The position numbers and the translations under genes are program-made. A model generated the notes under the pieces. The model saw nothing but the letters and a program-made list of their open reading frames with translations. It ran no database searches and was not told the DNA's origin. A stretch of 35,391 nt of DNA, taken from the IMG/VR virus record IMGVR_UViG_2718218309_000002. One strand, written 5' to 3'. This document shows, piece after piece, positions 17,795 through 27,154 of this stretch. Each line of letters starts with the position of its first letter. Position 1 is the stretch's first letter. This DNA is from a virus. Its lineage: Duplodnaviria; Heunggongvirae; Uroviricota; Caudoviricetes.

Positions 17795-17997
17795 TGAAGA
17801 CCTTTGCGCTACAGGGCGACACGCTCGACGCCATTTGTGTCCGGTATTACGGGCGCACTGAGGGCGTGGTTGAGACCGTGCTCGCCGCAAATCCGGGACT
17901 GGCTGAACTGGGTGCGGTGCTGCCACACGGCACCGCCGTCGAACTGCCCGACGTTCAGACCGCGCCCGTGGCTGAAACTGTCAATCTGTGGGAGTAA
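17794..17997 (+). CDS. X: Tail protein gpX (67 aa)
   Basis: ORF-track frame 17725..17997; ATG at codon 24 overlaps the L stop by 1 nt; MKTFALQGDTLDAICVRYYG. Confidence 0.88.
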   Translation: MKTFALQGDTLDAICVRYYGRTEGVVETVLAANPGLAELGAVLPHGTAVELPDVQTAPVAETVNLWE

Positions 17998-18000
17998 CGC

Positions 18001-18294
18001 ATGACAGCAGAAGAAAAAAGCGTCCTGTCGCTTTTCATGATTGGGGTGCTGATTGTTGTCGGCAAGGTGCTTGCCGGTGGTGAACCCATCACCCCGCGTC
18101 TGTTTATCGGGCGCATGTTGCTCGGTGGTTTTGTCTCGATGGTTGCCGGTGTTGTTCTGGTGCAGTTTCCTGACCTGTCACTGCCTGCGGTGTGCGGCAT
18201 CGGCTCCATGCTGGGTATCGCCGGTTATCAGGTGATTGAGATTGCCATTCAGCGCCGCTTTAAGAGCAGGGGAAACAGTAATGCCGGTAATTAA
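18001..18294 (+). CDS. Y: Holin gpY
   Basis: Small protein with hydrophobic segments (LFMIGVLIVVGKVLAGG, LLGGFVSMVAGVVLV) and a charged C-terminus, first gene of the lysis cassette. Confidence 0.88.
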   Translation: MTAEEKSVLSLFMIGVLIVVGKVLAGGEPITPRLFIGRMLLGGFVSMVAGVVLVQFPDLSLPAVCGIGSMLGIAGYQVIEIAIQRRFKSRGNSNAGN

Positions 18295-18778
18295 CACGTA
18301 TCAGAATATCGCCGCCTTTCTCGACATGCTGGCGGTGTCCGAAGGGACGGCAAATCATCCGCTGACGAAAAACCGGGGCTATGACGTGATAGTCACCGGA
18401 CTGGACGGAAAGCCGGAAATTTTCACCGACTACAGTGACCACCCGTTCGCGCATGGCCGACCGGCGAAGGTGTTTAACCGTCGCGGTGAAAAATCCACGG
18501 CCTCCGGTCGCTATCAGCAGCTTTACCTGTTCTGGCCGCATTACCGCAAACAGCTTGCCCTGCCGGATTTCAGTCCGTTGTCACAGGACAGACTCGCCAT
18601 TCAGTTGATCCGCGAACGCGATGCGCTGGATGACATCCGGGCGGGACGTATTGAGCGCGCCATTTCACGCTGTCGCAATATCTGGGCGTCCCTGCCGGGA
18701 GCCGGTTACGGTCAGCGTGAGCATTCACTGGAAAAACTGGTCACCGTCTGGCGTACCGCTGGCGGCGTACCGGCTTAA
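18281..18778 (+). CDS. K: Endolysin gpK (165 aa)
   Basis: ORF-track frame 18236..18778; ATG at codon 16 preceded by AGGGGA gives MPVINTYQNIAAFLDMLAVSEGT and 165 aa. Confidence 0.9.
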   Translation: MPVINTYQNIAAFLDMLAVSEGTANHPLTKNRGYDVIVTGLDGKPEIFTDYSDHPFAHGRPAKVFNRRGEKSTASGRYQQLYLFWPHYRKQLALPDFSPLSQDRLAIQLIRERDALDDIRAGRIERAISRCRNIWASLPGAGYGQREHSLEKLVTVWRTAGGVPA

Positions 18779-18792
18779 ACGGAGTAAACACC

Positions 18793-19218
18793 ATGAAGAA
18801 ATTATCCCTTTCACTGATGCTGAATGTGTCGCTGGCGCTGATGCTGGCACTGTCCCTGATTTACCCCCAGAGCGTGGCCGTCAATTTTGTCGCCGCCTGG
18901 GCGATTCTGGCGACGGTTATCTGTGTGGTTGCCGGTGGTGTCGGCGTGTATGCCACTGAGTATGTGCTGGAACGCTACGGGCGGGAGCTGCCGCCGGAAT
19001 CGCTGGCCGTGAAGATTGTCACGGCGCTGTTTTTGCAGCCGGTGCCGTGGCGCAGGCGGTCAGTGGCTCTGGTAGTGATGGTGGCGACGTTTATCTCGCT
19101 GGTCGCTGCCGGGTGGATTTTTACCGCGCTGATTTATCTCGTGGCATCGGTGTTCTTCCGGCTGATACGTACGGCCTGCCGTCAGCGTTTTGAGGGGCGG
19201 GAACCATGTCAAAGCTGA
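18793..19218 (+). CDS. lysA: Lysis timing membrane protein LysA (141 aa)
   Basis: Multi-pass hydrophobic protein after K; P2 lysA position and length. Confidence 0.85.
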   Translation: MKKLSLSLMLNVSLALMLALSLIYPQSVAVNFVAAWAILATVICVVAGGVGVYATEYVLERYGRELPPESLAVKIVTALFLQPVPWRRRSVALVVMVATFISLVAAGWIFTALIYLVASVFFRLIRTACRQRFEGREPCQS

Positions 19219-19631
19219 TGACTGTGCTGGTTGTGTTGTTATCACTGGCGGTGGCCGGTCTGTTTCTGGTGAAACATAAAAATGCCAGCCTGCGCGCCTC
19301 GCTGGACAGGGCGAACAACGTCGCCAGCGGGCAGCAGACGACCATCACCATGCTGAAAAATCAGCTTCATGTTGCGCTCACCAGGGCAGACAAAAACGAG
19401 CTGGCGCAGGTGGCTCTGCGTCAGGAACTGGAGAACGCCGCGAAGCGTGAAGCACAGCGCGAGAAAACCATCACGAGATTACTCAATGAAAACGAAGATT
19501 TTCGCCGCTGGTACGGTGCTGACCTGCCTGATGCTGTGCGCCGGTTGCACCAGCGCCCCGCCTGCACTGACGCCAGTGATTGTCGCCAACGCCTGCCCAA
19601 AAGTGAGTCTTTGCCCGATGCCGGGCAGTGA
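19206..19631 (+). CDS. lysB: Inner-membrane spanin LysB (Rz-like, 141 aa)
   Basis: N-terminal transmembrane helix followed by a predicted coiled coil; P2 lysB position. Confidence 0.87.
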   Translation: MSKLMTVLVVLLSLAVAGLFLVKHKNASLRASLDRANNVASGQQTTITMLKNQLHVALTRADKNELAQVALRQELENAAKREAQREKTITRLLNENEDFRRWYGADLPDAVRRLHQRPACTDASDCRQRLPKSESLPDAGQ

Positions 19632-19776
19632 CCCGGAGACGAACGGCGATTTAAGTGCCGATATCCGGCAGCTTGAGAACGCGCTGGCACGCTGTGCCAG
19701 CCAGGTAAAAATGATTAAACACTGTCAGGACGAAAACGATGCTCAAACTCGACAGCCTGCGCAGGGCACTGACTGA
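19486..19776 (+). CDS. lysC: Outer-membrane lipoprotein spanin LysC (Rz1-like, 96 aa), embedded in the +1 frame of lysB
   Basis: ORF-track frame 19369..19776; ATG at codon 40 gives MKTKIFAAGTVLTCLMLCAGC, a signal peptide with a lipobox, and a Pro-rich mature part. Confidence 0.8.
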   Translation: MKTKIFAAGTVLTCLMLCAGCTSAPPALTPVIVANACPKVSLCPMPGSDPETNGDLSADIRQLENALARCASQVKMIKHCQDENDAQTRQPAQGTD

Positions 19777-20206
19777 TGCCGTCACGGTGCTGAAAACCAG
19801 CCCCGAGATGCTGCGGATATTCGTGGATAACGGGAGTATTGCCTCCACACTGGCGACGTCGTTGTCATTCGAAAAGCGTTACACGCTCAATGTGATTGTG
19901 ACCGACTTTACCGGTGATTTTGACCTGCTCATTGTGCCGGTGCTGGCGTGGCTGCGGGAAAATCAGCCCGACATCATGACCACCGACGAAGGCCAGAAAA
20001 AGGGCTTCACGTTTTATGCAGACATCAACAATGACAGCAGCTTTGATATCAGTATCAGCCTGATGCTGACCGAGCGCACGCTGGTCAGTGAGGTTGACGG
20101 TGCGCTGCATGTGAAGAATATCCCGGAACCTCCGCCGCCGGAGCCGGTCACCCGCCCGATGGAACTTTATATCAATGGTGAACTGGTGAGTAAGTGGGAT
20201 GAATGA
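19739..20206 (+). CDS. R: Tail completion protein gpR (155 aa)
   Basis: 155 aa, P2 gpR position and length. Confidence 0.9.
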   Translation: MLKLDSLRRALTDAVTVLKTSPEMLRIFVDNGSIASTLATSLSFEKRYTLNVIVTDFTGDFDLLIVPVLAWLRENQPDIMTTDEGQKKGFTFYADINNDSSFDISISLMLTERTLVSEVDGALHVKNIPEPPPPEPVTRPMELYINGELVSKWDE

Positions 20207-20651
20207 GTTTAAGCGTTTTGAAGACCGGCTGACCGGGCTGATTGAATCGCTGTCACCGTCAGGGCGTCGGCGACTGAGTGCCGAACTGGCGAAGCGCCTG
20301 CGGCAGAGTCAGCAGCGTCGGGTGATGGCACAGAAAGCCCCGGACGGCACACCCTACGCGCCACGCCAGCAGCAGAGCGCCAGAAAAAAGACCGGTCGTG
20401 TTAAGCGAAAAATGTTTGCGAAACTTATCACCAGTCGTTTTTTGCATATCCGCGCCAGCCCGGAGCAGGCATCAATGGAATTTTACGGCGGGAAGTCACC
20501 GAAAATCGCCAGTGTGCATCAGTTCGGTCTGTCGGAAGAAAACCGGAAAGACGGTAAGAAAATTGATTATCCGGCGCGTCCTCTGCTCGGCTTTACCGGT
20601 GAGGATGTGCAGATGATTGAAGAGATTATTCTGGCGCACCTCGACCGTTAG
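20199..20651 (+). CDS. S: Tail completion protein gpS (150 aa)
   Basis: 150 aa, P2 gpS position and length. Confidence 0.9.
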   Translation: MNEFKRFEDRLTGLIESLSPSGRRRLSAELAKRLRQSQQRRVMAQKAPDGTPYAPRQQQSARKKTGRVKRKMFAKLITSRFLHIRASPEQASMEFYGGKSPKIASVHQFGLSEENRKDGKKIDYPARPLLGFTGEDVQMIEEIILAHLDR

Positions 20652-20717
20652 TTGTGCCATTCCCGACACCTCATCGTCACATTGCCGCCGGTATGACCCG
20701 GCGGCATCCTTCCCGTT

Positions 20718-21353
20718 ATGAACACTCTCGCAAATATTCAGGAACTCGCGCGCGCACTGCGCAACATGATCCGCACCGGCATTATCGTCGAAACCGACCT
20801 TAACGCCGGTCGCTGCCGTGTGCAGACCGGCGGCATGTGCACCGACTGGCTTCAGTGGCTGACCCATCGCGCCGGACGTTCGTGCACATGGTGGGCACCT
20901 TCCGTGGGGGAACAGGTGTTGATTCTGTCCGTGGGCGGTGAACTCGACACGGCGTTTGTTCTGCCGGGGATTTATTCCGGCGATAATCCCGCGCCGTCTG
21001 CGTCGGCGGATGCCCTGCATATCCGTTTCCCTGACGGGGCGGTGATTGAGTATGAACCCGAAACCAGTGCACTGACGGTAAGCGGAATTAAAACGGCCAG
21101 CGTGACGGCTTCTGATTCTGTTACTGCCACGGTGCCGGTGGTCATGGTGAAAGCATCAACCCGCATCACCCTGGACACACCGGAGGTGGTCTGCACCAAC
21201 AGGCTGATTACCGGCACGCTGGAAGTGCAGAAGGGCGGGACGATGCGCGGCAACATTGAACACACCGGCGGTGAACTCTCATCAAACGGTAAGGTACTGC
21301 ATACCCATAAACACCCCGGCGACAGCGGCGGCACAACCGGGAGTCCTCTATGA
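20718..21353 (+). CDS. V: Baseplate spike protein gpV (211 aa)
   Basis: 211 aa, P2 gpV position and length. Confidence 0.92.
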   Translation: MNTLANIQELARALRNMIRTGIIVETDLNAGRCRVQTGGMCTDWLQWLTHRAGRSCTWWAPSVGEQVLILSVGGELDTAFVLPGIYSGDNPAPSASADALHIRFPDGAVIEYEPETSALTVSGIKTASVTASDSVTATVPVVMVKASTRITLDTPEVVCTNRLITGTLEVQKGGTMRGNIEHTGGELSSNGKVLHTHKHPGDSGGTTGSPL

Positions 21354-21697
21354 CAGCGCGTTATCTCGGAATGAATCGCAGTGATGGCCTGACTGTCACT
21401 GACCTTGAGCATATCAGCCAGAGTATCGGCGATATCCTGCGCACACCGGTCGGCTCACGGGTGATGCGTCGTGATTACGGCTCGTTGCTGGCGTCAATGA
21501 TTGACCAGCCGCAGACCCCGGCGCTTGAGTTGCAGATTAAGGTCGCCTGTTACATGGCCGTGCTGAAATGGGAACCCCGCGTCACCCTGTCATCCGTCAC
21601 CACGGCGCGCAGTTTTGACGGGCGAATGACGGTCACGTTAACCGGTCAGCACAACGACACCGGCCAGCCACTTTCGTTAACCATCCCTGTGAGTTGA
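21350..21697 (+). CDS. W: Baseplate wedge protein gpW (115 aa)
   Basis: 115 aa, start overlaps the V stop; P2 gpW position. Confidence 0.92.
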   Translation: MTARYLGMNRSDGLTVTDLEHISQSIGDILRTPVGSRVMRRDYGSLLASMIDQPQTPALELQIKVACYMAVLKWEPRVTLSSVTTARSFDGRMTVTLTGQHNDTGQPLSLTIPVS

Positions 21698-21701
21698 AAT
21701 C

Positions 21702-22610
21702 ATGCCGATTATCGACCTGAACCAGCTACCCGCACCGGATGTGGTCGAGGAGCTGGACTTTGAAACCATTCTTGCCGAACGCAAGGCGACACTGATTTCC
21801 CTTTACCCGGAAGACCAGCAGGAGGCGGTCGCCCGTACCCTGACACTGGAATCTGAGCCTCTCGTCAAACTGCTGGAAGAAAATGCTTATCGTGAGCTTA
21901 TCTGGCGTCAGCGTGTGAATGAGGCCGCACGGGCGGTGATGCTGGCCTGTGCCGCCGGTAATGACCTTGATGTGATTGGTGCCAATTACAACACCACGCG
22001 CCTGACTATCACCCCGGCAGATGATTCGACTATCCCGCCGACACCGGCAGTGATGGAATCTGACACCGATTATCGTCTGCGTATTCAGCAGGCTTTTGAG
22101 GGCTTAAGCGTCGCCGGGTCAGTGGGAGCCTATCAGTATCATGGCCGCAGTGCCGACGGGCGTGTCGCGGATATCTCTGTCACCAGTCCGTCTCCGGCCT
22201 GCGTCACTATCTCTGTGCTGTCACGTGAAAATAACGGCGTCGCATCCGAAGACCTGCTGGCCGTGGTGCGTAACGCCCTTAATGGCGAGGACGTCAGACC
22301 GGTGGCCGACCGCGTGACCGTGCAGTCTGCCGCCATCGTTGAATACCAGATAAACGCCACGCTGTATCTTTACCCTGGTCCCGAAAGCGAACCCATTCGC
22401 GCTGCCGCCGTGAAAAAACTGGAAGCGTATATCACTGCACAGCACCGGCTGGGGCGCGACATCCGTCTGTCTGCCATTTATGCCGCTTTGCATGTGGAAG
22501 GCGTGCAGCGTGTCGAGCTGGCCGCACCACTGGCCGACATCGTGCTCAACAGTACGCAGGCGTCTTTCTGTACCGAATACCGCGTCGTGACCGGAGGCTC
22601 GGATGAGTGA
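21702..22610 (+). CDS. J: Baseplate wedge protein gpJ (302 aa)
   Basis: 302 aa, P2 gpJ position and length. Confidence 0.93.
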   Translation: MPIIDLNQLPAPDVVEELDFETILAERKATLISLYPEDQQEAVARTLTLESEPLVKLLEENAYRELIWRQRVNEAARAVMLACAAGNDLDVIGANYNTTRLTITPADDSTIPPTPAVMESDTDYRLRIQQAFEGLSVAGSVGAYQYHGRSADGRVADISVTSPSPACVTISVLSRENNGVASEDLLAVVRNALNGEDVRPVADRVTVQSAAIVEYQINATLYLYPGPESEPIRAAAVKKLEAYITAQHRLGRDIRLSAIYAALHVEGVQRVELAAPLADIVLNSTQASFCTEYRVVTGGSDE

Positions 22611-23133
22611 TTCGCGACTGCTGCCGACCGGCTCATCACCGCTTGAAGTTGCCGCCGCAAAAGCCTGTGCGGAAATTGAAAAAACGCCGGTCAGTATTCG
22701 TGAGCTGTGGAACCCGGACACCTGTCCGGCAAATCTGCTGCCTTGGCTGGCGTGGGCGTTTTCGGTCGACAGATGGGATGAAAAGTGGCCGGAAGCGACC
22801 AAACGCGCCGTTATCCGCGATGCGTATTTCATCCACTGTCATAAAGGCACTATAGGTGCAATCCGACGCGTGGTGGAGCCGCTCGGCTATCTCATCAACG
22901 TGACGGAGTGGTGGGAAAACAGTGACCCGCCCGGCACCTTCCGGCTTGATATTGGTGTACTGGAAAGCGGTATCACAGAGGCAATGTATCAGGAAATGGA
23001 ACGGCTGATTGCTGATGCCAAACCTGCAAGCCGCCACCTTATTGGCCTGAACATTACCCGGGACATTCCCGGCTACCTGTTCGCCGGTGGTGTGGCTTAT
23101 GACGGCGATGTAATTACGGTTTACCCCGGATAA
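22603..23133 (+). CDS. I: Baseplate protein gpI (176 aa)
   Basis: 176 aa, P2 gpI position and length. Confidence 0.92.
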   Translation: MSDSRLLPTGSSPLEVAAAKACAEIEKTPVSIRELWNPDTCPANLLPWLAWAFSVDRWDEKWPEATKRAVIRDAYFIHCHKGTIGAIRRVVEPLGYLINVTEWWENSDPPGTFRLDIGVLESGITEAMYQEMERLIADAKPASRHLIGLNITRDIPGYLFAGGVAYDGDVITVYPG

Positions 23134-23143
23134 GTGAGGAATA

Positions 23144-25189
23144 ATGAGCACAAAATTCAGAACCGTTATCACCACTGCCGGTGCAGCAAAGCTGGCAGCG
23201 GCAACCGCACCGGGAGGGCGGAAGGTCAACATTACCACGATGGCCGTCGGGGATGGCGGTGGTAAATTGCCTGTCCCGGATGCCGGACAGACCGGGCTTA
23301 TCCATGAAGTCTGGCGACATGCGCTGAACAAAATCAGCCAGGACAAACGAAACAGTAATTATATTATCGCAGAGCTGGTTATTCCGCCGGAGGTGGGCGG
23401 TTTCTGGATGCGTGAGCTTGGCCTGTACGATGATGCGGGAACGTTAATTGCTGTGGCGAACATGGCCGAAAGTTATAAGCCAGCTCTTGCCGAAGGTTCA
23501 GGGCGTTCGCAGACCTGCCGCATGGTCATCATCGTCAGCAGTGTGGCCTCAGTGGAGCTGACCATTGACACCACAACGGTGATGGCGACGCAGGATTACG
23601 TTGATGACAAAATTGCAGAACATGAACAGTCACGACGTCACCCGGACGCCTCGCTGACAGCAAAAGGTTTTACTCAGTTAAGCAGTGCGACCAACAGCAC
23701 GTCTGAAACACTGGCCGCAACGCCGAAAGCGGTAAAGGCCGCGTATGACCTGGCTAACGGGAAATATACCGCACAGGACGCCACCACAGCGCGAAAAGGC
23801 CTTGTCCAGCTTAGTAGCGCCACCAACAGCACGTCTGAAACGCTCGCCGCAACACCAAAAGCCGTTAAGACGGTAATGGATGAAACGAACAAAAAAGCGC
23901 CATTAAACAGCCCTGCACTGACCGGAACGCCAACGACGCCAACTGCGCGACAGGGAACGAATAATACTCAGATCGCAAACACGGCTTTCGTTATGGCCGC
24001 GATTGCCGCCCTTGTAGACTCGTCGCCTGACGCACTGAATACGCTGAACGAGCTGGCGGCGGCGCTGGGCAATGACCCGAATTTTGCTACCACCATGACT
24101 AATGCGCTTGCGGGTAAGCAACCGAAAGATGCTACCCTGACGGCGTTGGCGGGGCTTGCTACTGCGGCAGACAGGTTTCCGTATTTTACGGGGAATGATG
24201 TTGCCAGCCTGGCAACCCTGACAAAAGTCGGACGGGATATTCTGGCTAAAGCGACCGTTACTGCCGTTATCGAATACCTCGGTTTGCAGGAAACGGTAAA
24301 CAGGGCCAGGAACGCGGTGCAAAAGAATGGCGATACCTTGTCCGGTGGGCTTACTTTTGAAAACGACTCAATCCTTGCCTGGATTCGAAATACTGACTGG
24401 GCAAAGATTGGATTAAAAAATGATGCCGACAGCGATACTGATTCATATATGTGGTTTGAAACAGGTGACAACGGCAATGAATATTTCAAATGGAGAAGTC
24501 GCCAGAGCACCACAACAAAAGACCTGATGAATCTTAAATGGGATGCTCTGTATGTTCTTGTTAAAGCCCTTTTCAGCAGTGAAGTAAAAATATCTACAGT
24601 CAATGCACTGAGGATATTTAATTCATCTTTTGGGGCTATTTTTCGCCGTTCTGAAGAAAACCTGTATATCATCCCTACACGAGAAAATGAGGGTGAAAAT
24701 GGAGATATTGGGCCATTAAGGCCATTCGGCATCAACTTAAGAACAGGAGTTGTGTCTGTTGGTAATGGTGCCAGGATTGATGGCGGGCTGGCACTTGGCA
24801 CGAATAACGCGTTGGGTGGGAACTCTATTGTTCTTGGTGATAACGATACCGGATTTAAACAAAATGGCGATGGTAATCTGGATGTTTATGCTAATAACGT
24901 CCATGTTATGCGCTTTGTTTCCGGAAGCATTCAAAGTAATAAGACCATAAATATTACGGGGCGTGTTAATCCCTCGGATTACGGTAACTTTGATTCCCGC
25001 TATGTGAGAGATATCAGACTTGGTACACGTGTTGTGCAGACCATGCAGAAAGGCGTGATGTATGAAAAGTCAGGCCATGCAATTACGGGGCTTGGTATTG
25101 TCGGTGAAGTTGATGGCGATGATCCGGCAGTATTCAGACCAATACAAAAATACATCAATGGCACATGGTATAACGTTGCGCAGGTGTAA
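23144..25189 (+). CDS. H: Tail fibre protein gpH (681 aa), mosaic
   Basis: N-terminal MSTKFRTVITTAGAAKLAAA region is P2 gpH-like; internal duplicated motif QLSSATNSTSETLAATPKAVK; AT-rich C-terminal part from about 24300. Confidence 0.92.
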   Translation: MSTKFRTVITTAGAAKLAAATAPGGRKVNITTMAVGDGGGKLPVPDAGQTGLIHEVWRHALNKISQDKRNSNYIIAELVIPPEVGGFWMRELGLYDDAGTLIAVANMAESYKPALAEGSGRSQTCRMVIIVSSVASVELTIDTTTVMATQDYVDDKIAEHEQSRRHPDASLTAKGFTQLSSATNSTSETLAATPKAVKAAYDLANGKYTAQDATTARKGLVQLSSATNSTSETLAATPKAVKTVMDETNKKAPLNSPALTGTPTTPTARQGTNNTQIANTAFVMAAIAALVDSSPDALNTLNELAAALGNDPNFATTMTNALAGKQPKDATLTALAGLATAADRFPYFTGNDVASLATLTKVGRDILAKATVTAVIEYLGLQETVNRARNAVQKNGDTLSGGLTFENDSILAWIRNTDWAKIGLKNDADSDTDSYMWFETGDNGNEYFKWRSRQSTTTKDLMNLKWDALYVLVKALFSSEVKISTVNALRIFNSSFGAIFRRSEENLYIIPTRENEGENGDIGPLRPFGINLRTGVVSVGNGARIDGGLALGTNNALGGNSIVLGDNDTGFKQNGDGNLDVYANNVHVMRFVSGSIQSNKTINITGRVNPSDYGNFDSRYVRDIRLGTRVVQTMQKGVMYEKSGHAITGLGIVGEVDGDDPAVFRPIQKYINGTWYNVAQV

Positions 25190-25192
25190 ATT

Positions 25193-25720
25193 ATGCAGCA
25201 TTTAAAGAACATTAAGTCAGGTAATCCCAAAACAAAAGAACAATATCAGCTAACAAAGAATTTTGATGTTATCTGGTTATGGTCCGAAGACGGAAAAAAC
25301 TGGTATGAAGAAGTAAGTAATTTTCAGGAAGACACAATAAAGATTGTTTACGATGAAAATAATATTATTGTCGCCATCACCAGAGATGCTTCAACGCTTA
25401 ATCCTGAAGGTTTTAGCGTCGTTGAGGTTCCTGATATTACTGCCAACCGGCGTGCTGATGACTCTGGTAAATGGATGTTTAAGGATGGTGCCGTGATTAA
25501 GCGGATTTATACGGCAGACGAACAGCAGCAACTGGCGGAATTACATAAGGCAGCTTTGCTTTCCGAAGCTGAATCCGTGATTTTGCCGCTGGAGCGCGCG
25601 GTCAGGCTGAATATGGCAACAGATGAGGAGCGTAGTCGACTGGAGGCATGGGAACGCTATAGTGTTCTGGTCAGTCGTGTGGATCCTGCAAATCCTGAAT
25701 GGCCGGAAATGCCGCAATAA
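25193..25720 (+). CDS. G: Tail fibre assembly chaperone gpG (175 aa)
   Basis: 175 aa immediately after H; AT-rich N-terminal half and GC-richer C-terminal half. Confidence 0.9.
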   Translation: MQHLKNIKSGNPKTKEQYQLTKNFDVIWLWSEDGKNWYEEVSNFQEDTIKIVYDENNIIVAITRDASTLNPEGFSVVEVPDITANRRADDSGKWMFKDGAVIKRIYTADEQQQLAELHKAALLSEAESVILPLERAVRLNMATDEERSRLEAWERYSVLVSRVDPANPEWPEMPQ

Positions 25721-25935
25721 GTTGTATGAGCTCTAGTGTGGGCTTACATATCTATGGCACAGAGTAAAGCCTAATCTGACAGTCCACTCTGTGCCAGAGG
25801 TGGGCATTGCTGATGTCATAAAATATTATGCCAGCAGCCGTCTTAGGGGAGTGTTTACATTTCAATGATCGGGTATGATCTCGGCATGTTAATGGTTTAT
25901 TACTAAATGCTTGCGCCTATCTTTATGGAGGAGTA

Positions 25936-26835
25936 ATGAGTGGTATTCGTATAACTCAGGCTATTGATAACAATCAGATTTTAGTAAATGTAAATACTTT
26001 TAATTATAGTGTTAATCCCTATCCACTCAAATGTCCTGACCCAAATTGCTCTGCTCATTTGGTGTATGTCAAAAGCCATATTCGTCGGAGTTTTAATAAA
26101 ACCTTGCATATCCCCGCCTTCTTTAGACTGGAAAAAAATTTCACGCATGACAAATTATGTCAGTATGGAACTTCAGGATTGAATACAATTTATGCAAGTG
26201 ATTCCAGTCATGATATCAGCCGTGCGCTTGCCACAGGTAATAATATATTCCGTATACATATACTCGATGAAGATGATATCTCTAAATTAAGCAGAAAAGC
26301 TGCAGCTATGCAGGCAAATCCACCTTCTGATACTACAGACCGCGTTTATGTCAAGAGAGGTCGGAAAGCCCCCTATGTGAAGAACATGGATAGCTTACGG
26401 GAGATCTATGAATATGGAAAAGCTCACCCCAACAAGAGAAACAGCATAAAAATTGTTACTGGAACAAGTACTGTAACGTGGTCTGATTTTTTCTATGAAA
26501 CAACGCAGTTAGAACGATTGTCAACTTACCTCCAGAAAGTAAAAATAGCTCAGGTTGCTGTAATTATGAAAGTGCATGTGGCGAGAATCCCTATGGCGAA
26601 ATTTAATTATCGACACTTCATTGAAGGTTCGCCAATGAGGATAAAAGGGGGCTTTAATATATATCCTACGATTCAATTAGGAAATGTTACTCCAAAATTA
26701 TTTCCGTTGAGTAGCATTGTCATGGTACTCGGTAAATTTACTATTCCAACAAATAGAAAAATGATAATGGATCCAACATTTGAGCGTGAAGTCAGAACCA
26801 TAGTTTCTAGTGAAGAGCAAGTGCTAATTCTTTGA
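25936..26835 (+). CDS. Hypothetical cargo protein in the Z/fun slot (299 aa), candidate defence or exclusion factor
   Basis: ATG at 25936 preceded by GGAGGAG; AT-rich; lies between G and FI where P2 carries Z/fun; no recognisable catalytic motif or transmembrane segment; contains a CPDPNCSAH element. Confidence 0.75.
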   Translation: MSGIRITQAIDNNQILVNVNTFNYSVNPYPLKCPDPNCSAHLVYVKSHIRRSFNKTLHIPAFFRLEKNFTHDKLCQYGTSGLNTIYASDSSHDISRALATGNNIFRIHILDEDDISKLSRKAAAMQANPPSDTTDRVYVKRGRKAPYVKNMDSLREIYEYGKAHPNKRNSIKIVTGTSTVTWSDFFYETTQLERLSTYLQKVKIAQVAVIMKVHVARIPMAKFNYRHFIEGSPMRIKGGFNIYPTIQLGNVTPKLFPLSSIVMVLGKFTIPTNRKMIMDPTFEREVRTIVSSEEQVLIL

Positions 26836-27029
26836 AATCAAGAGGATTTGGCTCGGATGATTATGTGCGGCTTATAACCATAACGTAATGAGCGGATTTT
26901 TCTACTGCTTTTTATCATTTTGGTTAACTAAAACTAACCTCTGCTCCTCGCTCAAAGCAGACTGTCAGATTTGATAGCGTTTTGGCTATGTAAATTGTCA
27001 GTCGGAAAATGAGTGAGTACAAATCAGGA

Positions 27030-27058
27030 CAGGCGGGCGAATTGCCTGCCTTTTCTTT
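27030..27058 (+). terminator. Weak hairpin plus T-run downstream of the Z/fun-slot gene
   Basis: CAGGC-GGGCGAATT-GCCTG followed by CCTTTTCTTT; only a 5-bp stem. Confidence 0.25.
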
Positions 27059-27154
27059 ATCTGTTGTTTCATCTACTGACCAGCCAGGTCAAATAGCGTC
27101 TCATGCACTGCCCAACAGAAAATAGTTGCACCCATTAACCACGGAGTTAAACGG

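Noticed and set aside
23686-23868. Possible CRISPR-like or other repeat array
   Set aside because: Only two imperfect copies, inside a coding sequence, encoding a repeated peptide motif; no spacer-repeat periodicity and no cas genes.
23968-24801. 277-aa minus-strand ORF
   Set aside because: Antisense within tail-fibre gene H; the H frame is supported by its P2-like N-terminus and context.
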